Shown: piece after piece, positions 62,545 through 64,000 of the stretch
How positions within the stretch are numbered: the first letter of the stretch is position 1
Layout: every line of letters starts with the position of its first letter
Source of the DNA: Tubiluchus corallicola
Taxonomy: Eukaryota; Animalia; Priapulida
Direction: 5' to 3'
DNA length: 64,000 nucleotides
NCBI GenBank assembly: GCA_030141605.1
Contig: JAQGDQ010000057.1
Location: 434,001 to 498,000 of the forward strand
Position numbers and translations under genes: made by a program
Notes under the pieces: generated by a model
Told to the model about the DNA's origin: nothing
What the model saw: only the letters and a program-made list of their open reading frames with translations
The model's database searches: none

Positions 62545-62755
62545 TGACCCGCGTCAACGTGGAGTTTACCAACGTTTGAGAAGGACTGATGAACACTGAT
62601 CATGATTACGTCACTCAAATATTATTATAATTATACTATAATTTTATGGAATAACAGCTACGCCTGAAAATGTTTTTGCGTGTTACTCGAGATACTTAGC
62701 TCGCGCGGTGCATCTGGCGGAGAGGTAAGTGAGTGTTCAACGAAGCATAAACATC
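62545..62755 (+). promoter_or_regulatory. CpG-rich promoter/5' UTR of the FAHD1-like gene
   Basis: CpG cluster just upstream of the ATG; CRE/ATF-like TTACGTCA at ~62606; possible UTR donor AG|gtaagt at ~62725. Confidence 0.45.
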
Positions 62756-62829
62756 ATGGCAGCGTCTGCTAAATTGAAGGAGTTTTATACCACTGGCAAA
62801 AAAATAATTGGAGTTGGTCGCAATTACAG
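62756..62829 (+). CDS. FAHD1: Exon 1 of fumarylacetoacetate hydrolase domain-containing protein 1-like gene (acylpyruvase/oxaloacetate decarboxylase); continues beyond the window
   Basis: Kozak atcATGG; MAASAKLKEFYTTGKKIIGVGRNY matches the FAHD1 N-terminal GK.I..VGRNY motif; donor AG|gtaaaa. Confidence 0.85.
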
Positions 62830-64000
62830 GTAAAATTTAATGTGCTGAATAGATAATCCTATACAACTGTTTAATGTTGCAGTGTGTAACGTGCTGCTTT
62901 CATTTACATACGTAAATTATAGTGATATCGGATGCAACAAGTTTGATTTGAAATACCTTTATGAAAATAAAATTTTTGCGATTCCATTTCAATAAGGTTA
63001 TCAGAAATTTTAAAATAGTTTAGATAAAAAGTAAAATTACTGCAAAATTTACGTAATTCAAAGCCCAGGTCACAGGTGTACCAGCTTGCTTCTTTTATGT
63101 GTGGAAGCGTAATATACTGACAACCATACGGTTATATAGACAATTTTTTTATAACCATATGTCTGGCAAGGCAACAATAATGAATATTCAATTAATTACA
63201 ATTTGGGTTTGACTCAAAGAAAAGAACATGTATGATTTTTTGAAGGTCATATGGGATGTGTTTGTAACCGTCCTGCGGATGTCAGTGATGCTTCATTTTC
63301 TTTGACCAATTTGGAAATAAGATTTTCAATAGACTTTTTAGGTCCTTAAGATTATAGTGAGTGAGACAACCACTTTCAATGGTGGCAAATTGCACATCAC
63401 ATTTCACAGGGAATATAAGCTGCTGTGCTTCTTGGTGCTTTACATAGTAGAGTCAACCTGGTCTGACTAATAATGACAACTGTTTGTGTGGCAGTGTGTA
63501 GTGAATTTACTTGCAGGTCTTACACTCGCCTTTCAGTTCAGTAATGTTCAAAAGTTTACTTTGTACTTCTAGAGTGTTAAGTTCGTTAGTCCAAGTTTGT
63601 TGCGATAGTATTAAGTTCAGCTTCTGTTGTTTCTCTAGCTGAGGGAGATAAGGCAAGTTCATGATATCTTTATGATACTGAGCTGACAGCATGGTATTCC
63701 ACGTGAGATTTAGCTAATTCTTTAGAGTGTGGTTGATTTTTCTCTGAAGTTTCTGCAGTTGATTAACTGATACTTCATTCACTGCTAGGCTGAAATTTAG
63801 TGATGGAGCTAGATAGTGAGCATAATCCATAATTGTAGTTGGACTTTATTGCTTTATTGTTGATATTTTCTAGAGCAGATTGAACTTTGTCTTGTAATGT
63901 AGCAAAAGAATGTTTCTTTGTTTGCTGAGGAGTAGATGTAGCAAATGTAGCACCTAACAATTTGAATTTGATTGGATCTTCCCAGATGTGCTGTCAATTT

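Overview
AT-rich, intron-rich animal (probably invertebrate) nuclear DNA with no prokaryotic features. Reading splice sites and frames by hand gives five genes. (1) A minus-strand type-I membrane protein (983 to at least 14227) with 14 EGF repeats, a WAP/four-disulfide-core domain, one TM and a ~12-residue tail. Its eight single-EGF exons form a duplicated 4-exon ABCD-A'B'C'D' block, and the last six EGFs, WAP and TM share one large exon. (2) A divergently oriented plus-strand five-Ig-domain receptor (24632-35190) whose two membrane-proximal Ig domains lack the canonical F-strand Cys. (3) An intronless, acidic 471-aa orphan ORF (38976-40391, minus) with an apparent internal domain duplication. 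(4) A complete 18-exon M1 aminopeptidase N-like gene (43491-60111, ~968 aa) that needs a GC-AG intron. (5) Exon 1 of a FAHD1-like gene (62756). Introns and intergenic DNA hold many decayed mobile elements: pogo/Tc2 and Tigger-like MITEs, a mariner fragment, a hAT element with TSD, a two-gene PIF/Harbinger relic, a foldback element, LINE fragments, a tRNA-derived SINE head and microsatellites. The first exons of genes 1 and 2 could not be resolved. All family assignments are from motif recognition, not database searches.
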